From the NCBI GenBank assembly GCA_965267575.1, contig OZ254086.1, positions 3,936,001 to 4,000,000 on the forward strand: a stretch of DNA of 64,000 bases. The letters run 5' to 3'. The stretch is from Calditrichales bacterium. Its GTDB lineage: Bacteria > Calditrichota > Calditrichia > Calditrichales > J004. The position numbers were made by a program, and so were the translations under genes. The notes under the pieces are model-generated. The model made no database searches. It had not been told where the DNA came from and worked only from the letters and a program-made list of their open reading frames with translations. Shown piece after piece: positions 61,524-64,000 of the stretch (positions are counted from its first letter, which is position 1; every line of letters begins with the position of its first letter).

Positions 61524-64000
61524 TTATTCAGACACTGCTTTGTGCGTTACCGAAATACCATCCCGACCTAAATCTATTTTAACATGGTAGCCTTCATTGA
61601 CGTTGCCGGCGATCAGCTCTTTCGCGATTTCATCGATAACCTGCTTTTGAATAAGGCGTTTCAAAGGTCGCGCACCGAACTCCGGCTGGTAACCGTTTTC
61701 CATCAGGTAATCAACAGCCTTGTCGCTGATCTCCGCGGAAATACGGCGGTTTTGCAGCACTCCCGTAAAACTGCTGAACTGCAGCCGCACAATCTCACGC
61801 AGGTTCTCTTTAGAAAGCGGATGAAACACGATCACATCATCGATGCGGTTTAAAAATTCCGGCCGCAGCGATTGTTTTAAAACCTGCATAACGTTGGACC
61901 GGATATCGTCGTAAGCTTTCTCGGTGTCGCTGTCGCCCGAAGCCTCTGTGCGGCTGCGGATGTATTCAGAACCCAGGTTTGAGGTCATTATAATAATAGT
62001 GTTTTTAAAGCTGACCGTACGGCCTTTGTTGTCCGTCAGCCGGCCTTCATCCAGCACCTGCAGCAACAGGTTAAAAACCTCGGGATGGGCTTTTTCTATC
62101 TCGTCCAGCAGCACCACGGAATAGGGCTTACGACGGACAGCTTCGGTAAGCTGACCGCCCTCTTCATAGCCGACGTAGCCCGGCGGCGAGCCAATCAACC
62201 TGGAAACCGAATGGCGTTCCATGTACTCGGACATATCGATGCGCACCATGTTGGATTCATCATCAAACAGAAATTCGGCCAGTGCCCGGGCCAGCTCCGT
62301 TTTGCCCACACCGGTGGAACCCAGGAAAATAAAACTGCCCAGCGGCTTGGTCTCATCGGCCAAACCGGCACGCGACCGGCGGATGGCGTTGGAGACCGCG
62401 TCGATAGCTTCCGGCTGGCCGATAACACGTTGCGCCAGGCGCATTTCCATTTGCAGCAGCTTCTCCTTTTCGCTCTCCAGCATCTTTTTTACCGGAATGC
62501 CTGTCCAGCGTGAAATAATGTCGGCAATATCTTCATCTTCCACGTCTTCCTTGAGCATCTTGTGATCTTTCTGGACCTCCTTCAGCTTTTCCTGGTTCTT
62601 TTGCAGCTCTTTTTGCGTATTGGGGATTGTGGCATAACGCAACTCGGCCACTTTGTCGAGCTGACCTTCGCGTTCGTAGCGGTCCATGTCACTCTTTAGC
62701 TGGTCCAGATTCGTTTTAAGATTGTTTATTTGCGTAATCACGTCGCGTTCGCTTTTCCACTGCAGCTGCAATTCGTTGGAGCGGTCCTTCAGGTTGGCCA
62801 GCTCTTTTCTTACGCTTTCCAGCCGCTCTTTGGATTTGCTGTCTTTTTCTTTCTTCAACGCTACCGTCTCGATCTCCAGTTGCTTGATGCGCCGCGTAAC
62901 GTCATCCAATTCCTCGGGCATGGAGTTGATCTCGATACGCAGCCGTGATGCCGCCTCATCGATCAGGTCAATAGCCTTATCCGGCAAAAAACGGTCGCTG
63001 ATATAACGGTGCGAGAGCACAGCGGCGGAAACGATCGCCGCATCGGTAATGCGTACCCCATGGTGGATCTCATATTTTTCCTTCAGGCCGCGCAAAATGG
63101 AGATGGTATCCTCTACGGTGGGTTCATCCACCAATACCGGCTGAAAGCGCCTTTCCAGGGCCGCATCCTTTTCGATATGCTTGCGGTACTCGTCCAGCGT
63201 GGTGGCGCCTATAGCATGCAGTTCACCCCGCGCCAATGCCGGTTTCAGCATATTGGAGGCATCCATTGCGCCCTCCGCCGCACCGGCTCCAACCAGGGTG
63301 TGCATCTCATCAATAAACAGAATGATCTTTCCTTCGGCTGAAGTCACTTCTTTTAAAACAGCTTTCAGGCGTTCCTCAAATTCACCGCGGAATTTGGCTC
63401 CGGCTATCAGCGCGCCCATGTCCAGCGCAACAACGCGCTTGTCCTTAAGATTATCCGGTATGTCGCCGTTTACAATACGATGGGCAATGCCCTCTACAAC
63501 AGCGGTTTTACCCACACCGGGTTCTCCGATTAATACGGGATTGTTTTTTGTACGACGCGACAGCACTTGCAACACGCGGCGTATCTCCTCATCGCGCCCG
63601 ATCACCGGATCGAGCTTACCTTTGCGTGCTAAGACTGTCAGATCGCGGCCGTATTTTTCAAGGGCCTGATACGTGGTTTCAGGGTTCTGGCTGGTAACGC
63701 GCTGATTGCCGCGAATATCGCGCAACACATTGAGAATACTGTTCTTACTGATACGGTTTTCCTGCAGCAGACGCCCTGCCCGCCCTTCGGCGTTTTCGGC
63801 CAGGCCAATCAGCAGGTGTTCGGTGCTGACGTATTCATCCTTCAGAGCCTCGGCTTCTTTTTCCGCCTCACCGATGATGTCATTGGTGCTGCGGCCGAGA
63901 TAGACCTGGCCCTGGTTACCGCCGTGAACGCGCGGCAACTGGGTAATCAGCTGGTTTACCTTGCTGGCAAAAGCTTCAACCTGCACGGCGTTCTTTTTGA
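61524..64000 (-). CDS. clpB: ATP-dependent chaperone ClpB (N-terminus beyond window edge)
   Basis: GEPGVGKT and GSTGVGKT Walker A motifs, long M-domain coiled coil and [13 protein letters not shown]. Confidence 0.93.
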   Translation of the reverse strand, partial: KKNAVQVEAFASKVNQLITQLPRVHGGNQGQVYLGRSTNDIIGEAEKEAEALKDEYVSTEHLLIGLAENAEGRAGRLLQENRISKNSILNVLRDIRGNQRVTSQNPETTYQALEKYGRDLTVLARKGKLDPVIGRDEEIRRVLQVLSRRTKNNPVLIGEPGVGKTAVVEGIAHRIVNGDIPDNLKDKRVVALDMGALIAGAKFRGEFEERLKAVLKEVTSAEGKIILFIDEMHTLVGAGAAEGAMDASNMLKPALARGELHAIGATTLDEYRKHIEKDAALERRFQPVLVDEPTVEDTISILRGLKEKYEIHHGVRITDAAIVSAAVLSHRYISDRFLPDKAIDLIDEAASRLRIEINSMPEELDDVTRRIKQLEIETVALKKEKDSKSKERLESVRKELANLKDRSNELQLQWKSERDVITQINNLKTNLDQLKSDMDRYEREGQLDKVAELRYATIPNTQKELQKNQEKLKEVQKDHKMLKEDVEDEDIADIISRWTGIPVKKMLESEKEKLLQMEMRLAQRVIGQPEAIDAVSNAIRRSRAGLADETKPLGSFIFLGSTGVGKTELARALAEFLFDDESNMVRIDMSEYMERHSVSRLIGSPPGYVGYEEGGQLTEAVRRKPYSVVLLDEIEKAHPEVFNLLLQVLDEGRLTDNKGRTVSFKNTIIIMTSNLGSEYIRSRTEASGDSDTEKAYDDIRSNVMQVLKQSLRPEFLNRIDDVIVFHPLSKENLREIVRLQFSSFTGVLQNRRISAEISDKAVDYLMENGYQPEFGARPLKRLIQKQVIDEIAKELIAGNVNEGYHVKIDLGRDGISVTHKAVSE

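Overview
A gene-dense, almost entirely minus-strand housekeeping region of a diderm bacterium. The gene content and order suggest Calditrichota or a related FCB-type lineage (inference, not tested). It carries skp/bamA/tamB-like, pepA, def, iscA, rny, fmt, yajC, tgt, korAB, comM/yifB, tsaD, mutM, trpE/G, ybeY, a PgpH-like 7TM-HD gene, panD, miaB/mtaB, two acyl-CoA dehydrogenases, clpB (partial) and a cyclic-nucleotide/two-component signalling cluster. The outstanding feature is an intact IS110-family element of about 1.27 kb (14368-15639) inserted into the Shine-Dalgarno sequence at the tgt-yajC junction. Its roughly 230-nt non-coding end contains two hairpin-containing internal loops. Their sequences match the two insertion junctions exactly (10/10 and 8/8 nt), as expected for a bridge/seek RNA. 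The predicted target guide is an SD motif (UAAAGGAG). The insertion regenerates the yajC RBS and supplies a tgt stop codon at exactly the original position. No rRNA, tRNA or CRISPR array was seen. Gene calls come from motif recognition in the translations, not from database searches.
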